Positions 11,257-23,900 are shown, numbered from the whole stretch's first letter. The stretch is DNA of 63,571 nt, filler included, from Stramenopiles sp. TOSAG23-3 (GCA_900128585.1; 6 parts of 6 records of this genome joined end to end with filler, not necessarily neighbours in it); one strand, 5' to 3'. The notes: generated by a model not told the origin, from the letters alone. A program made the numbers and translations.

Positions 11257-11958
11257 CTACATTTTCAAGGCGTCCTCTTCGGGGTTGATTTGGTTGACCC
11301 CCTGGACTTCCGGGATATAATACATTAGCATCCTTTCCACCCCATTCTTCAGGGTAACGGATGAGCTCGGGCACCCCGTGCACGACCCGGCAAGTTGCAA
11401 GTTAACGATCCCCGATTCTTCGTCGAAACCTTTGAAGAGGATGTCCCCGCCATCGTCTTGGACGGAAGGGCGGATTCGGGTCTCGAGCAACTCCTTGATC
11501 ATCGCGACGATCTCGTCGTCGTCGTCCGTAATTGCCGTGTCGCTGGGGGCCGGCGCGTCCGACATCACTTCGTACCCATCTTCGGAAAAAAAGTCCATCA
11601 CTTCCGCAAACACCTGGGGCTTCACCACCGCCCACGATACGGCCGCTTCGTCAATGTTGACCGAAATAAACTCCTTCCCAAAGAACACAGTGTTCACCCC
11701 TTCTATACGAAACAGCTGCTTTGCCAACGGGGACGAGTGCGCCGTCATTGCACTCTCAAAGTTCACCCCAGAACCGTACTCTTCGTCCAGGACCGGTACT
11801 CCCGGCAAAAATTTCAGACTAGATGGGTTTGGCGTCTCCTCAACGTTTATGAACATTGTCCGAACGGTCTGTTGGAACAACGACGTCGCGGCCTTCCTGC
11901 TTCGAAAGGACGCACCCTGGCGTCCGGCGGCGGCACTCCACAACGCTCTGCTCAGCAT
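11257..11958 (-). CDS. NFU1: Mitochondrial Fe-S cluster carrier NFU1
   Basis: Transit-like MLSRALW... followed by MFINVEETPNPSSLKFLPG and IRPSVQDDGGD...GSCTGCPSSSVTLKNGVE (CxxC). Confidence 0.95.
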   Translation of the reverse strand: MLSRALWSAAAGRQGASFRSRKAATSLFQQTVRTMFINVEETPNPSSLKFLPGVPVLDEEYGSGVNFESAMTAHSSPLAKQLFRIEGVNTVFFGKEFISVNIDEAAVSWAVVKPQVFAEVMDFFSEDGYEVMSDAPAPSDTAITDDDDEIVAMIKELLETRIRPSVQDDGGDILFKGFDEESGIVNLQLAGSCTGCPSSSVTLKNGVERMLMYYIPEVQGVNQINPEEDALKM

Positions 11959-12214
11959 GATAATCAACAAACTACCTTTCCACAAACAAACAAAAAGTAA
12001 ACGAATAAACAAGAAGCAAATATGTTCAAAATGTTCGTGCCTGTCGCTCTGTTTACGTATAATCCCACACCCTGGCACACACACATATATATAAATATAT
12101 TGTATTGTTCATCAAGTAGGTAACAAAAGGTCGAGTGTCAATATATTATTATGGTAAGAGAGAGACTAAATATTATACTCCTCCTCTCTCTCTTCTTCTT
12201 GGTGGAGGAGGAGG

Positions 12215-12293
12215 AGAAGAAGAAAGAAGAAGAAAGAAGAAGAAGAAGAAGAAGAAGAAGAAGAAGAAGAAGAAGAAGAAGAAGAAGAAGAAG
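12215..12293. repeat. (GAA)n microsatellite at contig end
   Basis: Tandem GAA units running into the gap. Confidence 0.9.
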
Positions 12294-12393
12294 NNNNNNN
12301 NNNNNNNNNNNNNNNNNNNNNNNNNNNNNNNNNNNNNTTAATTAATTAANNNNNNNNNNNNNNNNNNNNNNNNNNNNNNNNNNNNNNNNNNNN
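12294..12393. other. Artificial contig linker (N44-TTAATTAATTAA-N44)
   Basis: 100-nt spacer containing stops in all six frames; identical at five positions. Confidence 0.97.
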
Positions 12394-12396
12394 GAA

Positions 12397-14634
12397 CTAA
12401 TCAAAACTCTTCGAATCCATTACAAACGCGAGGGTGTCCTCGTCGAGGGCCATCAACCCGTTGTTCGAATTTGCCTCAGCAGAACATTGGGACGAGGAGG
12501 CAGCTAGGGGGGCGGCCGTACATGTTCGGGTTAAGTACGCCAAACATGTATTTGCAATGGCGGGGGCATTGACGCTTGTATTGGCATTCTTGTACTCTTT
12601 TTTGCACCCTTTGGAGTAAAGGGGGTAGAAGGACAAGAACCCATCATGGTGCAACTCCAAACTCTTCCTGCAGAGCGCCAAAATTGCCTCTGGGCTCTTG
12701 TCGACCGGCTTAGAGATCAACGGCTTCGAATTCGTCCCGGACAAGCAATACTCCCCGTGCTGGCGCACGTGAAACTCTGAGGAACCTCCACCGTATTCCC
12801 GGTTGTTGAATTTCTTTAGGAACGCGATTGGGTCAAAAACACCGTGCAAGACGTGGTTCGAGAATTTCATTCTAGAAAAAAAGCCATCGGCGTTCGTTAT
12901 TAGGCCCTTGTATGGGGCTGCCCCTCCCCAAGCTTGGAACGGCCAATGGCCTTTGCACTTCGACGGTGTCGTTAAACACACGGGGTCCATAGCAATCCGG
13001 TTCAGTTTCCTGGACACAACATAGCTGTGGAAACTCACTTTTATCTTCCCCAGTAACGATGCTGTGGTTCTGCAAACTAACTTCGGCGATGTACGAACAG
13101 GTGCGATGCCGTCATTTCTTTCACTGCAGCCACTCCACGACCATTCATATCCAGACTTTTCTTTGAATATTTTACGCAAAGATGCTTTTATTCTCGTCCA
13201 GTCGTCTTCCGTTGAGATTTCTACCATAAATTTGATAGAAGACCGCATCACTCCTAAGTGCTTTGGGGTTACGCCAAAATTACCCCCCCACGTTAGCGCG
13301 CCAAACAGCGATCCTTCAACGACCCACCAAGGGGTGTGTGCGGCTTCGTTCAACCCCGCCCATGTACTTGAGAAGACTTCGTTGTAATGGCGAAACGAAG
13401 TCGTCATGCACTCCTCATCTGGGCATTGCCGCTTCAAAAATGCTTCGCACGTCTGCGCTTGGGGGACAGGGCGTGCAACGCTTCGGCCAGCGGCTTTGGA
13501 TTCATTTGCACACCCTTTTGAATGTAGGGGGTAAAACGAGGCGTACCCGTCGCGGTACAAATACATGCTCTTCTCGCACCTTTCCAGTATCGCGCTTGGG
13601 CTGTTGTCCGCGGGTACAGGAATAATGCGGGGGTTCCCTATCCCCGCTAAACAGTACTCGGTAGTTGGGGACGCGAGTTCCCTCTGGCGTTGCATCGGCC
13701 CGTTTTGGTTCCGGGTGCTATTCCATAATGTGATTATCGCGATGGGGTCATACACACAACGCAGGGTGTGGTCCCCGTACTTGACGATCGGGAACTGGCC
13801 GGCCTTGTTGGCAAAAAGGCCCAAATACGGGGCGTTGCCTCCCCAGGCTTGAAACGGATACTTTCCTTTGCACTTCGTACTGTTTCCAAAACAGACGGGG
13901 TCCATTGCAATTTGGTTCAATTTTGAAGAAACGACATAACTGCTAAAGGCCGCATTGACCACACCCCCCGGCACATTCGCCTCGGCGTCCCAGATGTAGC
14001 ACGTGAGTTTGGGAGACTTACGGGAGGGGGCGACGTTTGGGTTGCTTTCCTGGCACGTAGCCCAGGACCAACTTGGATGCGTTTTGGAAAGAATAAAGCG
14101 ACGCAGTGCGCTCTTTACCCTGTACCAATCGGCGTCATCATGGATTTCTAACATAAACTCCAAATCGACACCCGGAATTTGAACCCGGTTCGTGGAGTAC
14201 CCAAAATTGTCCCCAACCCGCAGCGCCCCGATTGCGGTGTTTCCTGTGACCCACCACGGCAAATGGGTGGCATTATCCAGTGCATCCACGACGTCTGCCA
14301 GGGCTTCGCGAAAAATTCGCTCTACGCCTAGTTCAAGGGAGGGCGCTGGGGAGGGCAGCCTGGCTGGTTTAGAGAGCTTGAGCTTCTTCGGCGTTGCTGC
14401 CGCTTTCTTCTTTCTGTGATGAAAGAGCTCCCTGGCTGGTTTAAACTCTTCCTTGGACTTATGCCCTGCTGCCGCGGTATCACTTTTGTGATGAGGGGAC
14501 GCCGGGGCTGGTTTATGATGTCTGTGAGACGGCTTGCGCTTTGTGCGATGGTGATTGCGACGATGGTACCCGTCCACGGGAAACAAAAACAACAGGAGGA
14601 CAAAGACGAACCCGAATCGAAAGGCAGCTTCCAT
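12397..14634 (-). CDS. Secretory-pathway protein with two tandem LicD/fukutin-like nucleotidyltransferase-fold domains
   Basis: Signal peptide, His/Lys-rich stalk and an internal duplication. WWVTGNTAIGALRVG and WWVVEGSLFGALTWGG resemble the LicD GTLLGAxR motif. Confidence 0.6.
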   Translation of the reverse strand: MEAAFRFGFVFVLLLFLFPVDGYHRRNHHRTKRKPSHRHHKPAPASPHHKSDTAAAGHKSKEEFKPARELFHHRKKKAAATPKKLKLSKPARLPSPAPSLELGVERIFREALADVVDALDNATHLPWWVTGNTAIGALRVGDNFGYSTNRVQIPGVDLEFMLEIHDDADWYRVKSALRRFILSKTHPSWSWATCQESNPNVAPSRKSPKLTCYIWDAEANVPGGVVNAAFSSYVVSSKLNQIAMDPVCFGNSTKCKGKYPFQAWGGNAPYLGLFANKAGQFPIVKYGDHTLRCVYDPIAIITLWNSTRNQNGPMQRQRELASPTTEYCLAGIGNPRIIPVPADNSPSAILERCEKSMYLYRDGYASFYPLHSKGCANESKAAGRSVARPVPQAQTCEAFLKRQCPDEECMTTSFRHYNEVFSSTWAGLNEAAHTPWWVVEGSLFGALTWGGNFGVTPKHLGVMRSSIKFMVEISTEDDWTRIKASLRKIFKEKSGYEWSWSGCSERNDGIAPVRTSPKLVCRTTASLLGKIKVSFHSYVVSRKLNRIAMDPVCLTTPSKCKGHWPFQAWGGAAPYKGLITNADGFFSRMKFSNHVLHGVFDPIAFLKKFNNREYGGGSSEFHVRQHGEYCLSGTNSKPLISKPVDKSPEAILALCRKSLELHHDGFLSFYPLYSKGCKKEYKNANTSVNAPAIANTCLAYLTRTCTAAPLAASSSQCSAEANSNNGLMALDEDTLAFVMDSKSFD

Positions 14635-15043
14635 TTATGGATATACGCCTCCAGGCACTTCAAACGTTTCTTCCTACACTCACAAAAATCGAAGAGGAAG
14701 GAATGCAACCAATTAGATCCTTTTCTTTGGTTTTATAAGGGAATATTTTAAATGTGAAGAAAGCAACAGATTATAATTTGGATGAGTTGCCGACTAGATT
14801 GTTTCACATATGACCAGGCCAAGCATTTATTTTGTTAAACAAAAACCAAACGACAAGAATCAGTTTTGTTGTGCATCGGCGGCGGTGGTACCGGTAGACT
14901 GCTCGAGAAAAAATATTCACCAGGAGGAACACAGCATAGAAATAGAAATATCATAGACCTATAGCTACTATACGACTATCCTGATGATGATGATTATTAT
15001 TACTTTCTTCAATAAATAATATATAAAATAAAATATAAAGTTT

Positions 15044-17299
15044 TTACGACGACGATGAGTTGTTGTTCCCTCCCACAAGCAGAACGATAACAAGGACAAA
15101 CGTCACAAAGGCAACACCGGCAACCACTGCGCCCAACAACAAAACTTTCTTTTCGCTTGACTCTTGCGTTTCTACCAATCGTTTAATTTTTACATCTAAA
15201 TCGTTGTCAAACTTCATTTGTCGCTTCAATATTTTCTCTGTGGTATCAGCCAGAGCACGATGCCGGTCTTCCATTAACTGCAAGACTTTTGCCGCGCTGC
15301 CACTTACGCTCGTGTTTATTTTATGGCGTCGTTTCGGGCTTGGGGACTCGGCCATTGGCGATGCCCTCGCTTTAACAGGTGATCGGCGCGGCTTAGGAGA
15401 CGTCACCTCTTGGGACATTGCCAATTCTTGCTCCGCTTCTTGAATTACATCCTCCGTGTGCTTTCTTTCTCCCGCTGTTTCAGGAGGCGTGTGCAGCCTT
15501 GCCGCGTTGGGGCGCGCATTTACTCCGGCAAGCCCGGCCTTTTCTAGCGTTCGTTCTTCGTCAACTTCTCCCAATTGCATGTACGCGCTCCGTTTAACGG
15601 GGATCATTGGGGGCATCTTCCATTTTCCTTGCGAGTATGCCACAAGTGCTTTACGAAATGCAGTCTGGATGGCATACCTTCTCACCCGCGGCTTAATCTT
15701 GGGCAGTTCATTTCTATCAAAAATCTCTTCCAAATCTCGTTTCGTTAGCGTGAAAACGTCGCAGTACGTAATGCTACGAACATTGTAGTCTCGTTTGGCA
15801 TTGTGCATGACGAAATCGTCGCCAATCAAGCGCCCGCTACTAATGATCTGCCCCTTCATCGCAACGACCCCGCGCTGGACCATGTACATTTTTTCGGTTG
15901 GCTCCCCCATCCGGATAATCAATTCTTGAGGTGCAAAAGCTTCCGGCAGCAGTTTCATGGACACCTCCACACAGAATGTCTTTGACTCTTCTTTGGTGAC
16001 ACCTGCCGGGTTGAAAAACGGAACTTTGTCGAGCCATGCGCTGTTGATGTAGGAGGCAACTTCACCGCGAAGTGTGGGAGACATTTCTACTAGCAGAGCC
16101 TGGTAATACTTTTGTCGGTTCATCTGCTTGCAGTAGTTAAAGTACTCTCTCAAACGTACCCTCATTTCGTTGGGCATCTGGTTCTCTTCCATGTACAGGT
16201 TCAGTTCGTCCATCTGCTGGTTAAACTTACTCGTGGCTTGGTCCATCAGCGCAATCACACCGCACACGGTCCCAATCACGTACGCATACGTGCTTGCACC
16301 CAAGAGCATTGCAATGACGCACAGAAATTGTTCGCCCACCGTGACAGGGACAATGTCCCCATAACCTATCGTAGTAACCGTCATGACAGCCCAGTACAAC
16401 CCAGCCAGATACACTTGGAAAGGGTCGTCTTTGAGCACCGCGAAAATCCCGCCCGGGATGCCATCGGCCCGATGCTCTGTTGCCCAATTTTTTGGTTCGC
16501 CGATGCGATCCCTGTGATCTTCAAGTCCTAAAATGATACCCCAGGCACAGGCAAGCCAGTGTGCCGCCGTGAGGATCATGACTATAAATTTTATCATTGT
16601 CTGCATACCGTAACTGATACCGATACGAGATTGAAGGCGCTTGATGATTCGACTTCCTTTAAATATTCGGAGTAGCTTTGCGAGACGGAGCAATCGAATG
16701 GCTCTCAAGATTTTCAGCTGTTGGATTGCTTCGTTCTGCATCACAGCGCCCAAGGTGTCAAAAGGCAAAATGGACACAAAATCGATGCTGAACCACCCCG
16801 TCAAGTAATGCTTTGCAATCCTTTTGTGGTTTATCACCCAGCCGCCAGTCTCGTTGCTATAAAACGGGGTGAAGAACTGCAAGAACAGATCGCACAAAAA
16901 GAGCACGTCTACGATTCGGTTTAGACCAAACAAAAAGTTAAACTTTGTCTCTACAAACCCGGTCTCGAATGGGGTCACAATTGCCGTATAAATCAGCAGT
17001 ACCATCATAAGCACGTCCCAGTTGATCTGGAACGAGCTCTTTGGATTTATGATATACTTCGCATCGCTGGGAATGCGGGCGCGGGACTTGTCGACAAATT
17101 GCCGAGTGGAACTCGAATTAACGTCCGGTTCTTCTTCGTCTGGATCAGTGGGGTCAGTACTCTGCATGTTTTCGTATTTGGAAATGATTGGAACATCGAA
17201 GTCTTCCTCATCCTCGTTTTTTTCCTTTTGATTCCCTTGATGGTTCAATTTATACGCGTTGCCTCGAGTGGCGTTGTTCCGATTCGTTGCATGCAACAT
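15044..17299 (-). CDS. 6-TM K+ channel with cyclic-nucleotide-binding domain (EAG/HCN/CNG superfamily)
   Basis: WFSIDFVSILPFD; S4 LKILRAIRLLRLAKLLRIFK; filter TTIGYGD; C-linker and cNMP-binding domain. Start codon uncertain (17299 or 17167). Confidence 0.9.
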   Translation of the reverse strand: MLHATNRNNATRGNAYKLNHQGNQKEKNEDEEDFDVPIISKYENMQSTDPTDPDEEEPDVNSSSTRQFVDKSRARIPSDAKYIINPKSSFQINWDVLMMVLLIYTAIVTPFETGFVETKFNFLFGLNRIVDVLFLCDLFLQFFTPFYSNETGGWVINHKRIAKHYLTGWFSIDFVSILPFDTLGAVMQNEAIQQLKILRAIRLLRLAKLLRIFKGSRIIKRLQSRIGISYGMQTMIKFIVMILTAAHWLACAWGIILGLEDHRDRIGEPKNWATEHRADGIPGGIFAVLKDDPFQVYLAGLYWAVMTVTTIGYGDIVPVTVGEQFLCVIAMLLGASTYAYVIGTVCGVIALMDQATSKFNQQMDELNLYMEENQMPNEMRVRLREYFNYCKQMNRQKYYQALLVEMSPTLRGEVASYINSAWLDKVPFFNPAGVTKEESKTFCVEVSMKLLPEAFAPQELIIRMGEPTEKMYMVQRGVVAMKGQIISSGRLIGDDFVMHNAKRDYNVRSITYCDVFTLTKRDLEEIFDRNELPKIKPRVRRYAIQTAFRKALVAYSQGKWKMPPMIPVKRSAYMQLGEVDEERTLEKAGLAGVNARPNAARLHTPPETAGERKHTEDVIQEAEQELAMSQEVTSPKPRRSPVKARASPMAESPSPKRRHKINTSVSGSAAKVLQLMEDRHRALADTTEKILKRQMKFDNDLDVKIKRLVETQESSEKKVLLLGAVVAGVAFVTFVLVIVLLVGGNNNSSSS

Positions 17300-17999
17300 A
17301 TTCCCGTTTGCCTCGTTCCTTTTCCCACCTTGCCGTGCGTTTATCAAAGTAACGTTTGCTAAACCTGCTGACGAACTTGTTTCACGGAATAGACTATTTC
17401 ATAAAATGAATCAAGGACATTGGTCAATCTAGAAAATGTTATCGATGAAAATTTCTACAGATATAATTGGAATTCTATTGACTATACGTAGCACGCTGGA
17501 CGCTGGAGGGGGGGGTACAATCCGCCTTCAGAGTTTATTAACGACGGATTCATATTTTTAAATATATAATTAAGGTAGTCAAGTACAATATGATCATACT
17601 AATGAATGTATTATTCATTAATCAGTATATAAACAAAATCGTGTTATATTATTACCTTAACAAGAAGCTAAACCACAACGGTAAAAAAACGAAACACAAA
17701 ATATAAAGTGAATACTACTACGATGATGTGTGTATGTTTATTATTTTTTTCTTCTCGATCTTTTATTCGAAAGCACGTCTTTGCTATATTTGATGGAGGA
17801 ACACAACAGAGAACCACACACCACACAGCAGGGCGTTCTTATGTTTTAGAAGAAGCGAAAGTAACCTTCGTTCTATTTTTGGTGGGATATAAATTAATTC
17901 TTAAAATAAGATCTTGAAAGATATTTTAGTCTATCTTTCACTAACTGTGTGTCTTATGCTTGTCGTGTCTACAAAACGACTCAGAGCAATTCGTATTAT

Positions 18000-20900
18000 T
18001 TATCCAAACAAGTAGTTGTCGAGACTTTCCCCTCCACTGAGGGACTCTAGCTCAGCCTTTACTTGGCGAGCAAGCTGTTCGACATCTTCGTTTTGATCCT
18101 CCAACAATTCTGCAAGGAACGAAATGGTCTCTGGTAACATAATGAGGTACTCTTCCCCAACTTCTTCGAAGCAGACTTTTATGGTCCGCAGGGAATGGTA
18201 GCGGACAATACTCTTCTCTTCGCGGGTTTTCAAGCATACTCTATGGTGAATGCCCTTCCACAATTCGTCGTTTCCGGCAGCCAAGGCGAAGTTTGCGATG
18301 CATGGAGTCACATGCTCTGACATCAGCATGCTGTAGTCACCCTCGTTTCGTTTTTTGTCAATCTCGTAGCACGACAAGAGCCCCACAAGGCCATCAACTG
18401 AGGCGTTGAATCGGGCTTGGGTGATGAATTTTTCATGCCCTTCCACCTGAACCGAAGAAGCTGCTGCATCGTAAAGAAAGCATTTCGTCAGAGTAGACAG
18501 GACGTATTTCAACGATTGCACGTGCCACTCCACCTCTTCTCTTGTTTTTTTCACGCTCTTGCGTTTCATGATGGTCTCGAACGACCTGAGCTCGTCCATG
18601 GCCATTTCAAACACATAGGACAAAAATGGTATAAAAATTGATTTCAGATGGTCTGCCAGTTTCTCGCACATGTGGAACAGAAGTACTATTCGAGAGCGCA
18701 TAATGCTTTCGTTGTTTTCGGCGGGGCCCTCATGCACAAACTCTTTGGTCTTGAAGAACAACGGTCGCGTTCGCTTTTCGTTCAATTTCAACACAAGATT
18801 TACAAACGAGGAGAGCAAGGATTCCCTGTACGCCACGGACTCCTCTGCCCCAAGCAGATCGTGGCTGGCGAAGGCTTGCAAATACAGCTTGAACACTTGC
18901 AAATGAAACTGTTTAATTTGCGGTTTCGACATAGTATTTACATGAAGGGCAAGCATGTCGAAGAAGCGGCACTCGTTCACGGGAAGTTTGAGCAAAGGAA
19001 AAACGTTGTAAAATTCCGGAAGCAAAATTCGAGGCTCGATCGACGTGGCGATGCTGTCGACAAGCTCGCCGCAGCATTCGGACAGCCCGGCCATTACTTC
19101 TACGCCACTCTCCTGGCGAGTTAACAGGAACGAGAGAGTTTTGCTAATATATGGAGAGATGAACTTTGGAAGGGTTTGAACCACCTTATTCAAAGCTTTC
19201 AATGAAATTTCAAGGGTGTCCCGCCTGGCGTCGGTCAGCCCAGCTATCTCGGGTCCCGACAGGCCTGTGAACGGCTCAATCGAGTCCAGCAGCGAATTCA
19301 TCAAAGGCGTAAGGATAGGAAGCATGGACACGCCGAACACTGTGCACATCTTCGCAAGGCTCAGTTGCACCCCACTCCGCAGCCCAGCCGTCCTTTTGCA
19401 GACTTTTGTTCCTAGCATATTTCCCAATAGGGCCGAAAAAGGTTTGAAGCTTTGCGGGTGCTTTTCTCCAAATGCGCCAACAAGAATATCGAGGGCGTAT
19501 ATGGAAATTTGAATGTCCTGAACTTCGAATTTGCTTTTTTCCTGCAAGTATTGTGGTATGTCTTCCAGCATGTCCAGAAACGCTAGCTCCTCGGACTCGT
19601 CAAACGAGTCCTGCTCGTCTTCAATTTTCTCCGCTAGCAGCGACAGCGCATTTCTTCGTATAAGCAACGCGTCGTGTCGAAGCAATGCTGTTATCACCGC
19701 CAAAAAGCTTGGCGTGGTCAGGGCCGCATTGATTTTTGCCAGAACGGCATATACGTCTGCACTCATGGCATCCCATGTTGATCCTTCCCCTTGGGTTTCA
19801 TTGTCGGACTTTTTGCACATGGACAGTTTGCGCATTAGCGTGATCAAATCTTGGCACGAGTTCATGAACGAGTCATCGATATGTTGTTCCACATTACCAC
19901 GCTTCTGTTTCGCGACTAGTCGGCGAAGGAATCCCTTCGAGGAAATGTGCCTTGACAAATACTGCAAGGCCATTTTAAAGTACGATCTAACAACGCGTAC
20001 ATCGTTTTCTGTCGTCGAGAGCGGGGGAAAGAAAATTGAGGCCGTCTCCTCGTCGTCTTCCTCGACTTCCATATGATCAGAGCCGTCGTCCAGCAGTTGC
20101 TCCCGAGTCAAACCATTGGTAAGTTGCGCTACCAGGGCAGTCTGCTCTTCTACAGAAAAGCGATTGGCAAGTTCAATCCCAAACTCAATCGGGTCAAAGT
20201 CAGCATTTTCACCATTTGCACTTGCTTCCGCTAGAAGCAACGAAATAGTTGTTGCCAAGGCACCGTTTTTCATGATGGACACAACCATATAAATAAGTCG
20301 CTGCCGACGGTGGGGGTGGATATCTTTGAGAGACTTCACAAACACCTTCAAGAGGCTTTGCAGCGTCAAATCATGCTCGTCCTGCACCTCTTTCACGGCA
20401 TTCACGACGCTTTGAACAATTTTTTGCACGACGTGAAAAGTGTAGTTATCGTCGTGTTTCACTGCAGATTCTCCCATGAACGTAAATACTGGCACCAGGG
20501 ATTTTAAGACGGCTTTGGGGGTCTCTTTTGCAACGTGTGCGAGCAACAGCAGGCCAGAGTTTCTTGTCTGGCTGCTACGTGTCTCTTGAATGCATCGAAC
20601 AATGGTTTGAACATCGCTTTCATCAAAATGTTGTTTGCCCTGAGACTTCGTTTTTCTTTTCTTCGTCCGAGAACCTTGCACCTTCGTCGATGGCACGTTG
20701 TTTTCCAGCAGCGCTCGTGCAGCCTCCATTATCATGTGCATGCTGTATTCGACTAGCGTGTACTGGTCGTCGGCGTCTTCGCTTTTCTGGGCCAAAAAGG
20801 TGCGTAGAATGTCCATGAAAAGAGAGGCAATTTCCCTGCTCGTTTCCAAATCGCTCTTTACGTGACAAATTTCCGCGGTTGTGGTTACATTGGCGACCCA

Positions 20901-23900
20901 CTCTTCGCTGTACAAATTTGCGGACAAATCTTCGGTCTTCGATATCTTTGCACGCTTTTTTCCTTTCTGCCTTCGTTCACCGCCAGCAGTTGGGAGCAAT
21001 GCCCTGATTTTCTCCACAATTGACTCAGGGTTAAACGGCAAGACTTTGAGGCATGCTTGGACATGGTCCCGCCGCAAACCTTTCGGGCCTGCAGCCAGGA
21101 TGCTGAAGATAATCTCAAAAACTTTATTTGCACCGTTTGAGGGCAAACCCTGGCAGAATGACGGCGTCACCAACGACAGAGCGTAATTCAACGGAATGCA
21201 CGGGGCGTCGTAAACCCCGGCTTTCAGAATTGAGCAGAATGCATCCATGTGATCGTTCGTAAATTCTTCTACGTCTGAAAATTTGAAAAAATGATCAGCG
21301 CAGATCTGAAAGGTCCGAATATGGTACTGGTTTTGGACTGCTTTCCCACTTCCATCTTTTGCCCCGAGCGAATCGATCAAATCTTCGAGCAATTTTGCCC
21401 CATATGTAATTACCAGAGACGACGGTGCTTTCTGTAGCGACAGTACCATCATCATCGCATTTCTAGGCTCTTTTTCCAGCATATTTTCTGCCACGTTGAT
21501 GCACCATTGGCAGATGTTCTGTTCTTGGCTGCTTCCTAGCTGGCCATAAAATAATCGTTGGAGGCAACGTTCAATTCCAGTGTACTCTTCACATATGTCA
21601 CTCTTTGCGTCTTCGATGGCCGCAGCAACAGTCTTCAACACGCCCGCGTTTAGTTTTATCTCTGGCATGTACAGAACGTTGCCTGATCCGTACATTTTTG
21701 ATTTTGCAGATACGTCGCTGAAGTGATCTACTAGAATTGCCTGGGCCAATGCGCGCACTTCTTTGCACTTTGATCGCATGAGCGCCAGCAAGGAGGGGAG
21801 CACTATCTGGAAGTCTACACTGGTCGGGCGCCTATTTCCCGGAGCAGCCTTCGTCGACTCCATGAACGAGTTTGCCAGCGACAAACACAAGCACCGGAGT
21901 CGGTCGTCGTACGTCGCACCCTCATTCTCTGTAGGTTGCGCCAAAAGCAGCAAAAATTCGAGAGGCGATGCCCCAAAATGGTTTTCCATCATCGACTCAA
22001 TGCATGCCCTTGCCTCTTCTTTCATAATATGCTCCTTTGACAGGGCAAACAAAAATACCGCCGTGACATAAATTTCATTGTTGTCGCTGAACTGGAGATC
22101 GCCTCGCGAAAACCGAAGTGCTGACGTGTGCAAATGCTCGGCAACTCCATGGTACCCCCCTTCGTCGAGTTCAAAGGCCGACAATGCTTCCGTCAGAAAC
22201 TCTAGTTCAAAATCTTTCGTGTCACCGCCTCTATTAATGATCATTCGCACCAAACAGCGCGCGACGGTCAATTTCGGCACCCCTTTAAGACTAGAAAGGA
22301 TCTCGTACACAAATACCTGCCCGTTCAGCGTCAGATCGAACGACTCGAACATTTGCAATGCCTTCAACAACTTTGTCGAGGTGGCTACAATATTTTTGGC
22401 AAGTGTGCTCTGAAACGATTTCACATCTTCTTCCGATGTAATACGTGCCAGCAAAGGTTTGGTATCCTGTTTTTCCCCTTTTCCTCTCTTTGTACCTGGA
22501 CTCCTGCCGTACCAAAATGAAGCATTTTGATAAACTTTGCTCTGTAGCGCGATCAGGGCATTCTGGCACACCGGTCCCTTGCTCGGCAACGCTTCGTTAT
22601 TTTCTAGTACGTTGTTCAATCCATGGATTGTCGGCAAAAAATTCAACAACATCCCAACGTGGCCACGCTCGTTTTTTGGCAGCGCGGCAATGAAGTCGCA
22701 CCCCAAACATGCTACCAATTCCTGCAACACGTCGATGTGCTGTTTGCTACTGTACCGTTCAATCCCCCTGCCCAGTTGGCCCAAAACCGTTGAGGCCATC
22801 GATTCGCTGTTGCAAGGGGCATCGATCGCTTGAAGCAGCTTCGCTGCTTGCTTGACGACCACCGGCGATTCATCCTGGCCAATCCTTCGCGCTACTGAGC
22901 TGTAGACAAACGCCGCCGCCTCTCCACTATTCCCATCCGGTGATTTCGAAATCGTTTCGAGGGCACCAATCGCGTTTAACCTTACCGACTGCAACGAGTG
23001 CTCCAGGGCCAAAAAGAGGGTGGTGTCGCCGTTTGCCTTTCCGCCGCCACCCTCGCCTGCCTCGGTGCGAATTGGTCGGTGGCGCGAGGACGAAAATGTC
23101 TTCATGACGAAGTCAAACACCGGCTTTCTCTTGGACTCTTCTACCCCAGATAGTTGCTCTTCCATGACTGCATCAAAAACGTCCGAGTACCGTTTCGCAA
23201 CAAAGGTGAGCGCTTTCTTCAAGTGCTCGTCGTTTTGAAACGACGGGGCCAGACCGGTTACCTGCTTGACTATTTGGCCGACGTGCTTTTCTGCCGGGAG
23301 TTCATTCACCAACGTGCACAACATTCGAAGTGCGTTGGTCGTATCGCCCGCCACTTGTGGGACCAGCCGATTCAAAAATGCCGAAAAGAACGCATCGCCG
23401 TTTACTCCCGACTCGATCACCACTTTCAGGACTTGCACCAATTTGATCTCCATGGCCCGAAGCTTGGAGTAGGCCTTAGCAGGCATGGGCACGTGCACGT
23501 TCTGGGCCGCGGCAGACTGGTAAATGTGCACCAGGCACCGCACGGCCGGCTCGGGCTTGTCTTGGGGGGCGTAGACGGAGATCGTGGACACAAAATAGCT
23601 ATACAGCTCTGGCGTCAGCCTCGTCCCGCTCTGGCAAAGCGATACAACTAGCATGTACCCCGCCATTTGAAAGTCCTGGACGGCATGGGATTTTAAGGCG
23701 GTGGTGATGTACGGAAGGACTCGGTTGAAAAAGCCTTTCAAAATGTCTGGGCTCCGTTTGCAGCGCTGCAACACCTCGATGAACAGGACCGTTGTAAACG
23801 TGACGACGGTCTGACAGCGGTGCTTTCCGTCCGCTACCGTTTGCGCCAGGTCGCAAAAGAAACTAACGAGCGAGAGATCGTCGCAGCAGCGGGTCACCAG

